DNA of 64,000 bases from Anaeromyxobacteraceae bacterium (GTDB lineage: Bacteria; Myxococcota; Myxococcia; Myxococcales; Anaeromyxobacteraceae): NCBI GenBank assembly GCA_032654565.1, contig JAULAX010000013.1, positions 64,001-128,000 on the forward strand. Direction: 5' to 3'. Position 1 is the stretch's first letter; each line of letters starts with the position of its first letter. The position numbers and the translations under genes are program-made. The notes beneath the pieces are model-generated. The model had not been told where the DNA came from, did not search any database, and saw nothing but the letters and a program-made list of their open reading frames with translations. Positions 9,174-19,300 of the stretch are shown here, piece after piece.

Positions 9174-10346
9174 ATGGCTCATTTCGGACCCACCCTTCGC
9201 CGTCGCAGGCACCAGGATCGACCTGGCCTGCGGACCGCCGTGGCGGTGGTGGTCTCCCTGCTCCTCAACTGGCTGCTGGTGACCCGGATCGATCCCGGCT
9301 CGCTCGGGCTCGGGCCGGTCAAGGCGGTCAGGCCGGTCGACCTGGCGGCGCTGAGCGCCTCCGACTGGAGCGCCAACCGGTCCATCCGCGATCCGAGGGC
9401 GCCGCCGCCCCCCAACGTGCCGCCGGCCCGGGCCGAGCCGCCACCGGAGGAGCTGCGCAAGTTCCCCGGGCAGGTGGTCGAGACGGGAGCATGGAACAAG
9501 GCCGTCCCGAAGAAGGAGACGAAGTTCGTCTCTGATCGGGACAACTCTGTCGATGTCGAGACCCGCTCTCGCGCCCGCGTACCGGGTGCCCCTGCGTCGT
9601 CCCCGGGGCCAACGGTCCAGGGGGCGGCGACCAGCGCGGCCCCCAGTGGTCAGGGCGGGAAGGCGGAGCGGTTCGTCGAGGGGCGCGCCGGCCAGCGGGC
9701 CGGCCAGGACCGGACCCAGGCCAGGAACCAGGGGGACCCGAAGGGTGAGCGGACGCCGGCCGTCGCCGGTGGCGAGATCCCGACATTGCCATGGGAGCCT
9801 AAGCTGACCACCGCGGAGGACCGCGCCTCGGGAGCGTCGGGCACCGGCGAAGGCGGCCAGCGGCGACCGGGCCAGTACGACCCGCGGCTGGCACTCACTC
9901 CGCAGACCCTGGCCCGGCTGGCCGGCGGCGGCTCCCCGGACAAGCTCGACGGCGTGTTGGAGGGCGACGGCACCTTCCTCAACACCCGCGAGTGGAAGTA
10001 CGCCACCTACTTCAACCGCATCAAGCAGGCGGTCTCCTCCACCTGGAACCCGCAGCGCGCCCTCGACCAGCGCGATCCCGAGCGGACGCTCTACGGCAGC
10101 CGCGACCGCTACACGCTGCTGTCGGTGACGCTCGACACCACCGGCGCGCTCAAGGACGTGGTGGTGAAGAAGACCAGCGGCGTGGAGTTCCTCGACAAGA
10201 CCACCGTGGAGGCCTTCAAGCGGGCCCAGCCCTTCGCCAACCCGCCGCCCGGCATCGTCGAGCCCAACGGCGAGATCCGCTTCACCTTCGGCTTCTACCT
10301 GGAGATCGGGCGGGGCGGCTTCCAGATCTTCCGGGGTGGGCCGTGA
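9174..10346 (+). CDS. TonB-family protein (TM anchor, Pro-rich linker, TonB C-terminal domain)
   Basis: N-terminal TM VSLLLNW; C-terminal YFNRIKQAV..W..SGVEFLDKTTVEAFKRAQPFANPP. Confidence 0.82.
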   Translation: MAHFGPTLRRRRHQDRPGLRTAVAVVVSLLLNWLLVTRIDPGSLGLGPVKAVRPVDLAALSASDWSANRSIRDPRAPPPPNVPPARAEPPPEELRKFPGQVVETGAWNKAVPKKETKFVSDRDNSVDVETRSRARVPGAPASSPGPTVQGAATSAAPSGQGGKAERFVEGRAGQRAGQDRTQARNQGDPKGERTPAVAGGEIPTLPWEPKLTTAEDRASGASGTGEGGQRRPGQYDPRLALTPQTLARLAGGGSPDKLDGVLEGDGTFLNTREWKYATYFNRIKQAVSSTWNPQRALDQRDPERTLYGSRDRYTLLSVTLDTTGALKDVVVKKTSGVEFLDKTTVEAFKRAQPFANPPPGIVEPNGEIRFTFGFYLEIGRGGFQIFRGGP

Positions 10347-10376
10347 ACAGCCAGCCCCGGCGGGACGGGGGCGGCG

Positions 10377-10853
10377 ATGAGTGAGACGTTCCGGCGGGTC
10401 ATGCCGGCCTGCAAGCGGATCGCCCTGATCGCCCACGATCGCCGCAAGGCCGACCTGCTGGCCTGGGTCGCCTTCAACCATCCGGTGCTTCGGGAGCACC
10501 AGCTCTGCGCCACCGGCACCACCGGCGCCCTGGTGGCGGCCCGCACCGGGCTGCCGGTGGAGCGGTTCCGGTCGGGTCCGCTCGGCGGCGACCAGCAGGT
10601 CGGGGCCCGCATCTCCGAGGGGGCCATCGACATCCTGATCTTCTTCTGGGATCCGCTCGAGCCGCAGCCCCACGATCCCGACGTCAAGGCGCTGCTGCGC
10701 CTGGCGGTGCTCTACAACATCCCCACCGCCTGCAACCGCGCCACCGCCGACTTCCTGGTGGCCGCGCCGCTCTTCCACGGCGCCTATGACCAGCAGGTGG
10801 CCGACCACGACGCCGACCGTGAAGCCTTCCTCTCGGAGCAGCTGAAGCGGTGA
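10377..10853 (+). CDS. mgsA: methylglyoxal synthase
   Basis: IALIAHD, ATGTTG, SGPLGGDQQ, FFWDPL..PHDPDVKALLRLA motifs. Confidence 0.97.
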   Translation: MSETFRRVMPACKRIALIAHDRRKADLLAWVAFNHPVLREHQLCATGTTGALVAARTGLPVERFRSGPLGGDQQVGARISEGAIDILIFFWDPLEPQPHDPDVKALLRLAVLYNIPTACNRATADFLVAAPLFHGAYDQQVADHDADREAFLSEQLKR

Positions 10854-11635
10854 TGGGCCCGCCCGGGGTGATGGGGCCGCCCTCGCCGGCGGCGCTGGCC
10901 TTCCTGCTGCAGGGGGCCGCCGCCTGCTACGGGCTGGCGCTGCTGGCCGCGCTGCTCCGGCCGCGCTGGGCCCGGTGGCCGCTGGCGCTGGGGGTGGCGC
11001 TCCAGCTCGGCTGGTCGCTCTGGCGCGGGCTGCTGATCGGCTTCCTGCCGCTCACCAACAAGACCGAGTCCTTCGCCGCCGCGGCGCTGGCGGTGGCGCT
11101 GGTGGGGGTGGTGGCCTTCCGGCCGGCGCGGGCCTGGCTGCTCCCGCTGCTGGGCGTGCTGGGGGCGGCCATGGCCACGGCGCTGCTCTTCCCACAGGGG
11201 CTGCACTGGCCGCCGCCGCTGATGCGGACCGCCTGGTACCCGGCCCACGTGCCGCTCTCCTTCCTCGCCTACGGGTGCTGGACCGCGGCGGCGGCGGGCG
11301 GCGTCGCCTGGTTCACCGACCGTGACCCGGAGTGGCTGCCGCTCCTCGACCGGCTCGGCCTGTGGGGCTTCGCCCTCTGGTCGCTCTCGATGATCTGCGG
11401 GGGCGTCTGGGGGGTGGTGGCGTGGGGGGCCTGGTTCCTCTGGGACCCCAAGGTCGTCTGGTCGGTGATCCTCTGGTTCCACGCCTCCACCTCGGTCCAC
11501 GTCCGGCTGACGCCGTCGCTGGCGGGGCGGCCCTGGGTGCGGCCGGCGCTGGCCATCACCGGCTTCCTGCTGGTGCTGGTGGCCTACGTCGGCACCTCCT
11601 TCCTCTTCGGACGATCGAGCCATGCCTTCGGCTGA
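10850..11635 (+). CDS. ccsA: cytochrome c biogenesis protein CcsA/ResC-like (system II)
   Basis: WWD-type motif WGVVAWGAWFLWDPK, conserved His (PAHVP), GFLPL..ES. Confidence 0.85.
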   Translation: MMGPPGVMGPPSPAALAFLLQGAAACYGLALLAALLRPRWARWPLALGVALQLGWSLWRGLLIGFLPLTNKTESFAAAALAVALVGVVAFRPARAWLLPLLGVLGAAMATALLFPQGLHWPPPLMRTAWYPAHVPLSFLAYGCWTAAAAGGVAWFTDRDPEWLPLLDRLGLWGFALWSLSMICGGVWGVVAWGAWFLWDPKVVWSVILWFHASTSVHVRLTPSLAGRPWVRPALAITGFLLVLVAYVGTSFLFGRSSHAFG

Positions 11636-12671
11636 CGCCCCCGTCACCCTGGGGCGCCCCGGCGCCGCCGCCGTTCCGCCCCGGCCCGACCGCTGGGGCT
11701 GGCTCCGCTCCCAGGGGCTGGGGATCTGCTGCGGCCTGGCCACCATGCTGCTGCTGGCCATCGGCTCGGTGGTGATGGCGGCCACCCGCGACGGGGCCTC
11801 GGCCGGCGTCGGCCTCGACGACCTGACCGCCTTCTTCGCCCGCCCCAGCCCGGTCCACCTCTGGCTCTACGCGCTGGTACCGGTGGCGGCGCTCTACGCG
11901 CTCAACACGCTGCTGGCCACATGGGAGACGGTGACCACCCGCTGGCGGGCCGGGCTGCGGGCGCCGCGCGCCTACGCCGCCGCGGTGATGCACCTGTCCT
12001 TCCTGGTGGCGCTGCTGGCCCACCTGGCCGGCGGCTTCCTCTCGGTCGAGGGTGGCGCCCACGTGGTGGCCGAGGGGTGGCAGCCACTCCCCGGCTTCGG
12101 CGAGGCCCGGCTGGTCACGCTGGACGTCGACGAGCTGCCCAACGGCATGCCGCGCGAGGTCCGCGCCGCGGTGGAGCTGCGCGACCCGGCGGGTCGGGTG
12201 GAGTCGAGGGTGGTCGGCTACAACCAGCCGCTCTCGGGCGGGTGGGGGAGCCGGCTGGCGCTGCTCGCCGAGCTCGGCCAGGTGCCGGTGGCGAGACTGG
12301 CCTCGGGCGAGGAGAGCTGCGCGCTGGCCCAGGAGCAGGGGTGCGTGCTGGGCGGCGAGCGGGTCGAGGTGCTGGCCTTCGCCGAGCCGCGCGGGCGGCG
12401 CGCGGCGCTGGTGCGGGCGGCGCCGGCCGGTGGCGGGCCGACGGTCCGCTGGATGGCCCCGGGCGAGCTGGTGGCGCTGCGGGGCGGCCGGCCGCTGCTG
12501 CTGGTGGAGGCCGCGGTGGTCCCGGCGGTGCTGCTGCGGGTGCGGGAGGCGCCGGGGAACCCGCTGGCGCTGGTGGCGGCGGTGCTGCTGGCAGTCGGCG
12601 TGGTGATGATGTGGAGACGCCTGGCGCCGGCTTCTGGTGGCGCCAGCGCAAGACGCGTTCCTGGAGCCTGA
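11622..12671 (+). CDS. ResB/CcsB-like membrane protein
   Basis: Three N-terminal TMs with MHLSFLV, periplasmic region with YNQPL, C-terminal PG+TM; overlaps ccsA. Confidence 0.6.
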   Translation: MPSADAPVTLGRPGAAAVPPRPDRWGWLRSQGLGICCGLATMLLLAIGSVVMAATRDGASAGVGLDDLTAFFARPSPVHLWLYALVPVAALYALNTLLATWETVTTRWRAGLRAPRAYAAAVMHLSFLVALLAHLAGGFLSVEGGAHVVAEGWQPLPGFGEARLVTLDVDELPNGMPREVRAAVELRDPAGRVESRVVGYNQPLSGGWGSRLALLAELGQVPVARLASGEESCALAQEQGCVLGGERVEVLAFAEPRGRRAALVRAAPAGGGPTVRWMAPGELVALRGGRPLLLVEAAVVPAVLLRVREAPGNPLALVAAVLLAVGVVMMWRRLAPASGGASARRVPGA

Positions 12672-13056
12672 CCGCTCGCGCCCGAGCGCGGCAGGCCGGC
12701 GAGCATGCGGGGCGCGTCCGGGGTTGGTCGCTGCGGGGCGCCACCGGGCCGGGGGCGCTACCCGGCTCGGTCGCTAGGTTGGTCGCTGCGGGGCGCCACC
12801 GCGCCGGGGACGCTACCCGGCTCGGTCGCTGCGGGACGCCACCGCGCCGGGGACGCTCGTCGCGCCTGCGGCGCGCCCTCTCGCCAGTTTCGATTCCGCC
12901 TGGGTGAGCGGTGCGGGGGCTGCGAGGCTCGCGCCCCGGCCGATGGCGCCCCTGCGCTCCCGCCCAGGAGGGACCCGGTCAATCCAGGAACGCACGGCGC
13001 AGCCTGCGACGCTCGTGGAGGTTTGCGACGGCGGCACCAGAAGCCGCCGCCGTCGC
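12621..13056. repeat. composite inverted-repeat element between convergent genes
   Basis: Hairpin 12621-12646 (loop GGCTTCTGGT, + strand) and hairpin 13025-13056 (same loop, - strand); GCGTTCCTGGA at 12655-12665 and its reverse complement at 12983-12993. Confidence 0.65.
12726..12857. repeat. three tandem copies of a 43-bp REP-like palindromic unit
   Basis: GGTCGCTGCGGGGCGCCACCGCGCCGGGGACGCTACCCGGCTC-like units at 12726-12768, 12781-12823 and (partial) 12824-12857; internal GCCGGG-N7-CCCGGC. Confidence 0.85.
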
Positions 13057-13058
13057 GG

Positions 13059-14615
13059 CTAGACCTTCATCCCCGGGGTCCATTTGAGCACCGGCTTGCG
13101 GGCGGCGCGGGTCTCGTCGAGGCGGGCGCGGAAGGGCTTCACCGGCGAGGCCTTGAGCCCCTCGGGATCTACCTTGGCCTCCTCGGCGATGGCCTTCATG
13201 GCCCCGATGAAGGCGTCGATGGTCTCCTTCGACTCGGTCTCGGTCGGCTCGATCATGATGGCGCCGTGGACCACCAGCGGGAAGTAGATGGTGGGCGGGT
13301 GGAAGCCGTGGTCGATGAGCCGCTTGGCCACGTCCATGGTGATGACCCCGGTCTCCTTCTGGGCGGTGTCGTCGAAGACCACCTCGTGCAGGGAGTCGGT
13401 CTCGTAGGGGAGGTGGAAGGTGCCCTGCAACGCGGCCCGCACGTAGTTGGCGTTGAGCACGGCGAGATCGGAGGTGGCCTTGAGCCCCTCCGGCCCCAGC
13501 TCGCGCAGGTAGGCCCAGGCCCGCACCATCATCCCGAAGTTGCCGTGGAAGCCGTGGATGCGGCCGATCGACTGGGGCCGCTCGGCGGTCTCGGTCACCA
13601 GCCGGTAGGAGCCGCCCTCCTTGACCACCACCGGGAGCGGCAGGAAGGGGACCAGGCCGGCCTTCACCGCCACCGGGCCGGAGCCGGGGCCGCCGCCGCC
13701 GTGGGGCGTGGCGAAGGTCTTGTGCAGGTTGTACTGGATGACGTCGAAGCCCATGTCGCCGGGCCGGGCGTTGCCAAGCAGGGCGTTCATGTTGGCGCCG
13801 TCGCCGTAGACCAGGCCGCCCTTGGCGTGCACGATCCGGGCGATCTCGGCGATGTCGGTCTCGAAGACCCCGAGCGTGTTGGGGTTGGTGATCATGATGG
13901 CGGCCACGTCCTCGTCCATGGCCGCCGCCACGGTGTCGGGGTGGAGCCGGCCGTCCGGGCCGCTGGCCAGGGTGACGCAGCCGTAGCCGTTGAGCGCCGC
14001 CGAGGCCGGGTTGGTGCCGTGGGCGGTGTCGGGGATCAGCACCTTCTTGCGCGGGTTGCCGTGGGCGGCGTGGAAGGCGCGGATCACCATCAGCCCGCAG
14101 AGCTCACCGTGGGCGCCGGCGGCCGGGTTGAGGGTGGTGGCGTCCATCCCGGCGATCTCGGAGAGGGCCCGCTCCAGCGCGTACATCAGCTCCAGCGCCC
14201 CCTGGGCGTGCTCGGCCGGCGCCAGCGGGTGGAGCGAGGCGAAGCCGGGGAGGCGGGCCAGCGCCTCGCTCGACTTCGGGTTGTACTTCATGGTGCAGGA
14301 GCCGAGCGGGTAGAACCCGGTGTCGATGCCGTGGTTCCAGGTCGAGAGCCGGGTGAAGTGGCGGACCACCTCCAGCTCGGAGAGCTCGGGCAGCCCGGCG
14401 ATGCCGCCGCGCAGCAGCGCCGGGGGCAGGTCGGACGCGGCGTCGGGGCCGTGGGCGGGGAGGGAGACGCCGCAGCGCCCCTTCGACCCGTGCTCGAAGG
14501 AGAGCGGCTCCTCGTGGACCAGGCCGCGCACCGCGCCGCCCAGGCCGGGGGCGTCGACCTCGGAGGCGCCAGCGCCCTGCTCCATGCTCGGCTTCCACCC
14601 GGACTGGTTGCTCAC
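13059..14615 (-). CDS. gcvPB: glycine dehydrogenase subunit 2
   Basis: [38 protein letters not shown] motifs; GTG start overlaps the gcvPA stop. Confidence 0.96.
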   Translation of the reverse strand: MSNQSGWKPSMEQGAGASEVDAPGLGGAVRGLVHEEPLSFEHGSKGRCGVSLPAHGPDAASDLPPALLRGGIAGLPELSELEVVRHFTRLSTWNHGIDTGFYPLGSCTMKYNPKSSEALARLPGFASLHPLAPAEHAQGALELMYALERALSEIAGMDATTLNPAAGAHGELCGLMVIRAFHAAHGNPRKKVLIPDTAHGTNPASAALNGYGCVTLASGPDGRLHPDTVAAAMDEDVAAIMITNPNTLGVFETDIAEIARIVHAKGGLVYGDGANMNALLGNARPGDMGFDVIQYNLHKTFATPHGGGGPGSGPVAVKAGLVPFLPLPVVVKEGGSYRLVTETAERPQSIGRIHGFHGNFGMMVRAWAYLRELGPEGLKATSDLAVLNANYVRAALQGTFHLPYETDSLHEVVFDDTAQKETGVITMDVAKRLIDHGFHPPTIYFPLVVHGAIMIEPTETESKETIDAFIGAMKAIAEEAKVDPEGLKASPVKPFRARLDETRAARKPVLKWTPGMKV

Positions 14616-15946
14616 GGCTTCACCGCCTCGGCGAAGAGCTGGATCAGCTCGGGGGTGTGGAGCTCGGTGGCGACGCAGAGCAGCGCCCCCCGGGCCCGGG
14701 GGTGATCGGGGAACCAGCGCGACAGCGGCAGCCCGGCGGCGAGGCCGCGCTTGGCGAGCCGGGCCACCACCGCCTCGGCGTCGCCGACGTCGAAGACCTG
14801 CTCGTTGAAGACCGGGCCGGTGAAGACCGGCGCGATCCCCACCCGGCCCAGGGCCCCGCGCAGCAGCCGGAGCCGCTCGTGGTTGAGCAGGGCCAGGTCG
14901 GAGAGCCCCTGCTTGCCGAGCAGGGTGAGGTGCATGGTGGCGGCCAGCGCGCAGAGGCCGGCGTTGGTGCAGATGTTGGAGGTCGCCTTCTCCCGGCGGA
15001 TGTGCTGCTCGCGGGTGGAGAGGGTGAGCACGAAGCCGCGGCGGCCGTGCTTGTCGACGGTGGCGCCGCAGACCCGCCCCGGCAGCTGGCGCAGGAACTC
15101 CTGCCGGATGGCGAAGAAGCCCGGGGCCGGGCCGCCGAAGCCCATGGGGTTGCCGAAGCTCTGGAAGCTGCCCACCGCCACGTCGGCGCCGAGCGCCCCG
15201 GGGGCCTGCAGCAGCCCCAGCGAGACCGCCTCGGCGGTGACCGCCACGGTGAGGGCGCCGGCCGCCTTGGCGATGGCCGCCGCCTCGGGCAGCGCGTCGA
15301 TGACGCCGAGGGCGTTGGGCCAGCCGATGATCACCGCGGCCGCGCCCGGGGCGGCGGCGGCCAGGGCCGCCAGGTCGGTGCGGCCGTCGGCGCCGAAGGG
15401 GACGGTGACGATCTCGTCGCCGGTGGAGGCCAGGTAGGTGGCCAGGGTGTCGCGCCAGGCGGGGTGGACCGCGGCCGAGACCACCACCTTGGAGCGGTCG
15501 GTGACCCGGGTCGCCATCAGCGCCGCCTCGGCGGTGGCGGTGGCCCCGTCGTAGAGCGAGCCGTTGGAGACGTCCAGCCCGGTCAGCAGGGTCACGAAGG
15601 TCTGCCACTCGAAGAGCGCCTGCAGGGTCCCCTGGGCGATCTCCGGCTGGTAGGGGGTGTAGGCGGTGAAGAACTCGCCGCGCAGCAGCAGCTGGTCGAC
15701 GGTGGGCGGCACGTGGTGCGGGTAGGAGCCGGCCCCGACGAAGGGCGGGTGGCTGACCACGTTGCGCGAGGCCATCCGTCCCAGCTCGCCGAACAGGGCG
15801 ATCTCGTCGAGCGCCGGCGGCACGTCGAGCGGGCGCCCGAGCCGGAGCGGGGCGGGGATGGAGCGGAAGAGGTCGGAGACCGACGTCTTCCCGATGACGT
15901 CCAGCATGGCGCGGACGTCGTCGGGGGTGTGGGGGTGGTAGCGCAA
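14612..15946 (-). CDS. gcvPA: glycine dehydrogenase subunit 1
   Basis: [36 protein letters not shown] motifs. Confidence 0.96.
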   Translation of the reverse strand: MRYHPHTPDDVRAMLDVIGKTSVSDLFRSIPAPLRLGRPLDVPPALDEIALFGELGRMASRNVVSHPPFVGAGSYPHHVPPTVDQLLLRGEFFTAYTPYQPEIAQGTLQALFEWQTFVTLLTGLDVSNGSLYDGATATAEAALMATRVTDRSKVVVSAAVHPAWRDTLATYLASTGDEIVTVPFGADGRTDLAALAAAAPGAAAVIIGWPNALGVIDALPEAAAIAKAAGALTVAVTAEAVSLGLLQAPGALGADVAVGSFQSFGNPMGFGGPAPGFFAIRQEFLRQLPGRVCGATVDKHGRRGFVLTLSTREQHIRREKATSNICTNAGLCALAATMHLTLLGKQGLSDLALLNHERLRLLRGALGRVGIAPVFTGPVFNEQVFDVGDAEAVVARLAKRGLAAGLPLSRWFPDHPRARGALLCVATELHTPELIQLFAEAVKP

Positions 15947-15991
15947 CGGGGCTCCTCGGCGGCGCCGCGCGCCGCGACGGTGGAGGTGGGA

Positions 15992-16378
15992 CTACCCCTG
16001 CTCGTCGACGTGGGCCTGGTAGGCCTTGGCGTCGAGCAGGCCGGCCAGCTCCGACGGGTCGGACGGCTCGATGGCGATCATCCAGCCCTCCTCGTAGGGG
16101 TCCTCGTTGATGCTCTCGGGGGCCTCGACCAGCGGGTCGTTCACCTCGACCACCTTGCCGGAGATGGGGGCGAAGAGCTCGGAGACGGCCTTGGTCGACT
16201 CGACCACGCCGAAGGACTCACCGCGCTTGACCAGGTCGCCGGCCGCCGGCAGCTCGACGAAGACCACGTCGCCGAGCTGGTCCTGGGCGAAGTCGGTGAT
16301 GCCGACCAGCACCCGGGTCCCCTTCTGGCGGGCCCACTCGTGGTCCTTGGTGTACTTGAGGTCGTCGGGGATGTTCAT
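15992..16378 (-). CDS. gcvH: glycine cleavage system H protein
   Basis: YTKDHEW, GITDFAQDQLGD, lipoyl motif VESTKAVSE. Confidence 0.97.
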   Translation of the reverse strand: MNIPDDLKYTKDHEWARQKGTRVLVGITDFAQDQLGDVVFVELPAAGDLVKRGESFGVVESTKAVSELFAPISGKVVEVNDPLVEAPESINEDPYEEGWMIAIEPSDPSELAGLLDAKAYQAHVDEQG

Positions 16379-16390
16379 GATCTCTCCTGG

Positions 16391-17479
16391 TCAGCGTCCC
16401 GTGCGGGAAAGGAAGGGGGTCTTGACGACGGCGGCGGCCACCGGCTTGCCGCGGATCTCCACCGCCAGCGACGAGCCCACCGCCGCCAGCGCCGGCGGCA
16501 CGTAGGCCAGGCCGATGGAGGTTGTGAGGGTGGGCGAGCGGGTGCCGCTGGTGACCACGCCCACCGGCCGCCCCTCGCGCACCACCGGGTGGCCGTGGCG
16601 GGCGATGCCGGGCTCGGTGAGCTGGAAGCCGACCAGCTTGCGCGACAGCCCCTGCTCCTTCTGCTTCACCAGCGCGGCGCGCCCGATGAAGTCGCCCTTG
16701 TCGAGCTTGACCACCCAGGCCAGCCCGGCCTCCAGCGGCGTGGCCTCGTCGTCCATGTCGGAGCCGTAGAGCCGGTAGGCCATCTCCAGCCGCAGGGTGT
16801 CTCGGCAGCCGAGGCCGGCCGGCTGGATCCCCTCGGGCCGGCCCGCCTCGATGAGGGCGTCCCAGAGCTTCTCGGCCTGCCCGGCCGGGCAGAACAGCTC
16901 GAAGCCGTCCTCGCCGGTGTAGCCGGTGCGGGCCACCAGGCAGCTCACCCCCGCCACCGCGCCGGGCGCGTGGCGGTAGGTCTTGATGGCGTCGAGATCG
17001 GTCGTGGTCAGGCGCTTCAGCACCGCCAGGGCCTTGGGCCCCTGCACCGCCACCTGCCCCCACTGGTCCGACTCGTTGCTGACGTCGGCGCCGCCGGCGT
17101 GCCCCTTCAGCCACTCGAAGTCCTTCTGGCGGTTGGCGGCGTTGACGCAGACCAGCAGGTCCTCGGCGGAGCGCCGGTAGACCACCACGTCGTCGACGAT
17201 GCCGCCGCTCTCGCGGCAGAGGCAGCCGTACTGGGCCTGGCCGTCGGCGACCTGGGAGAGGTCGTTGGTGAAGACGGCCTGCAGCGCCGCCAGCGCCCGG
17301 GGGCCGCGGAAGACCACCTCGCCCATGTGCGAGACGTCGAAGAGGCCGACCGCCTCGCGCACCGCCTGGTGCTCCTCGATGAGCCCCGCGTACTGGACCG
17401 GCATGTCCCAGCCGGCGAACTCCACCATCCGCGCGCCGTGGCGGAGGTGGGCGGCGTAGAGCGGCGTTCGGAGGGCCAT
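16391..17479 (-). CDS. gcvT: glycine cleavage system aminomethyltransferase T
   Basis: FAGWDMPVQY, LFDVSHMGE, RTGYTGEDGFE, GLGCRDTLRLE motifs. Confidence 0.97.
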   Translation of the reverse strand: MALRTPLYAAHLRHGARMVEFAGWDMPVQYAGLIEEHQAVREAVGLFDVSHMGEVVFRGPRALAALQAVFTNDLSQVADGQAQYGCLCRESGGIVDDVVVYRRSAEDLLVCVNAANRQKDFEWLKGHAGGADVSNESDQWGQVAVQGPKALAVLKRLTTTDLDAIKTYRHAPGAVAGVSCLVARTGYTGEDGFELFCPAGQAEKLWDALIEAGRPEGIQPAGLGCRDTLRLEMAYRLYGSDMDDEATPLEAGLAWVVKLDKGDFIGRAALVKQKEQGLSRKLVGFQLTEPGIARHGHPVVREGRPVGVVTSGTRSPTLTTSIGLAYVPPALAAVGSSLAVEIRGKPVAAAVVKTPFLSRTGR

Positions 17480-17586
17480 CGGGGTGGGGCCTCGGGTGGA
17501 AGGGGAGGGCGAAGCGGGCGGATTGTAGCGGCGCCGACCCGGGAATCAAGCGTTCCCGGTGAGGAATCGACGCCGCGGGCAGGGCC

Positions 17587-18150
17587 CTACGGGCGGGGCG
17601 TGGCGCCCGGCGCGGGTGGGGCCACCGGCGCAGCCGCGGCCACCGGCCGCGTCGACCCGGGGACCTCGGCCGCCACGCCGTCGCGGTAGCGGAAGTCCAC
17701 CACCGAGGCGCCGCTCCGCTCGGCGAAGAAGGTCAGCCGCAGGCCGCCGTCGGCCTCGACCGGAGGGGCGGAGATGCGCCAGCAGTTGCCGAAGTCCTCG
17801 GTGACCAGCGGCCGGTCGCCGCGCAGGTCGATGACCCGGTACCAGAGCCGGCAGGACGGGGCGCCGTAGTCGATCTCCAGCAGCAGCCAGGCGGGGCGCT
17901 CCCGCGAGGGGAGGGCGGCCACCACGCCGATGACCCGGTCGGTGGGGCCGTAGACGGTCTTCCCGCCGGTGACCACGGTGAACTCGCCGCGCTTGTCGTC
18001 GATCCGCTTGCGCAGCACCTCGACGCGGCCGGCGCCGGCGCCGAGGGCGTCGACCAGCACCACCCCGGGCGCCACCTCGGCCCCCGGCTTCACCTCACGC
18101 TGGCAGGCGGCCAGCCCCAGCAGCCCGACGATCAGCAGCGGCCTCCACAT
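17587..18150 (-). CDS. hypothetical lipoprotein
   Basis: GGAGG RBS; lipobox LAAC after a hydrophobic signal. Confidence 0.7.
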   Translation of the reverse strand: MWRPLLIVGLLGLAACQREVKPGAEVAPGVVLVDALGAGAGRVEVLRKRIDDKRGEFTVVTGGKTVYGPTDRVIGVVAALPSRERPAWLLLEIDYGAPSCRLWYRVIDLRGDRPLVTEDFGNCWRISAPPVEADGGLRLTFFAERSGASVVDFRYRDGVAAEVPGSTRPVAAAAPVAPPAPGATPRP

Positions 18151-18169
18151 GGTCTCTCCTCCTCCGGCG

Positions 18170-19300
18170 TCAGCGCCCCGGGGGCGCTCCCGGCGTGCAA
18201 CGCACCGGCTCGCAGCGGCCGGCGCCGGCGGCGGCGCAGCAGTGGAGCGGCGCCCCCTGCTCGTCCTCGAAGCGGTAGTCCCAGCCCTGCTCGCGCACCG
18301 TGAGCACACCCAGCCCCGGGGCGGTGGTGCCGAAGAGCAGCTGGCCGCCCAGGGCGGTCTTCTCGAAGCGCTCCCGGGGGCGGGCGCTGGAGCCGTTGCC
18401 GGAGATCAGCACGTCGACGCCGGCGGCGGTGCGCAGGTGCTGCAGGTCGTGATCGTGGCCGGCCAGCCAGGCCCGGACCCGCCCGCCGGCGGCGGCCTCC
18501 AGCCGGCCCATGCGGGCCACCCGCTCGGGCTTGTCGAAGTCGCCCTCGTGCACGCCGGCCGTGGTGGGCGGGTGGTGCAGGACCACGAAGCAGGGGCGCC
18601 GCTCGCAGCCTCCGAGCGCGCCGTCCAGGAAGGCCAGCTCGGCCTCGAGCGTGAAGCCGCCGTAGTCGGCGTAGACCACGTTGGAGTCCAGCACCACGAA
18701 GCGGGCCGGCCCCTCGTCCAGCAGGTAGTGGCGGGCCGGCAGCGACCAGAGCGGGGCGGCGTGGGCCACCGAGAGGCAGGCCTTGCGTCGGGCCACCTGG
18801 TCGGTGGAGAGGCCGCGCACGCCGCAGGTGAGGCGCGACCAGACGTCGTGGTTGCCGAGCGCCAGCACGGTGCGGACCGGGGTGCCGGCGAGCAGCCCGG
18901 CCAGCGGCGCCTCGTGGAGCCGGGCGAAGGCGGGGTCGGGCGGGCCGGCCGGCGGCGTGGCCACGGAGTTGTCGTCGGCGGCGAAGGCGCAGGCCTCGGC
19001 GCCGGGGAGCGACGCATCCGGGCCGCACTGGTAGATCAGGTCGCCGGCGAAGAGGGCCAGGGCGAAGGGGGCGCGGGCGTGGAGCGCGGCGCTGGCGGCG
19101 GCCACGGCCGCCTGCTGCGGGGTGTTCTCGCCGAAGTCGCCGAGGTGGAGCACTCGCACCCCGCCGGCGCTCGCCGCCGGGGGCGGGGGCGGGGGCGAGG
19201 ACTCGGCGGCGCCGTGCCGGACCGTGGTGCGGCCGGCGCAGGCCGCGCAGCCGGCGGTGACGGCCAGCAAGGCGATGGCCAGGCTCGACCGGAGGCTCAC
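18170..19300 (-). CDS. secreted calcineurin-like metallophosphoesterase (purple acid phosphatase-like)
   Basis: GDFG, GDLIY, GNHD, HHP, GHDH motifs; signal peptide; GTG start overlaps the folD stop. Confidence 0.88.
   Translation of the reverse strand: MSLRSSLAIALLAVTAGCAACAGRTTVRHGAAESSPPPPPPAASAGGVRVLHLGDFGENTPQQAAVAAASAALHARAPFALALFAGDLIYQCGPDASLPGAEACAFAADDNSVATPPAGPPDPAFARLHEAPLAGLLAGTPVRTVLALGNHDVWSRLTCGVRGLSTDQVARRKACLSVAHAAPLWSLPARHYLLDEGPARFVVLDSNVVYADYGGFTLEAELAFLDGALGGCERRPCFVVLHHPPTTAGVHEGDFDKPERVARMGRLEAAAGGRVRAWLAGHDHDLQHLRTAAGVDVLISGNGSSARPRERFEKTALGGQLLFGTTAPGLGVLTVREQGWDYRFEDEQGAPLHCCAAAGAGRCEPVRCTPGAPPGR

Noticed and set aside
9490..9900. Patch of A/T-ending codons in the TonB-family gene as a foreign insert or hidden RNA
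   Set aside because: It coincides with the disordered linker and no boundaries, repeats or structure were found
12726..12857. CRISPR array
   Set aside because: The repeats are adjacent, without unique spacers, and there are no cas genes
17480..17586. Glycine riboswitch upstream of gcvT
   Set aside because: Only ~105 bp are available and no GGAGA..CCGAAG..CTCTCAGG aptamer motifs are visible
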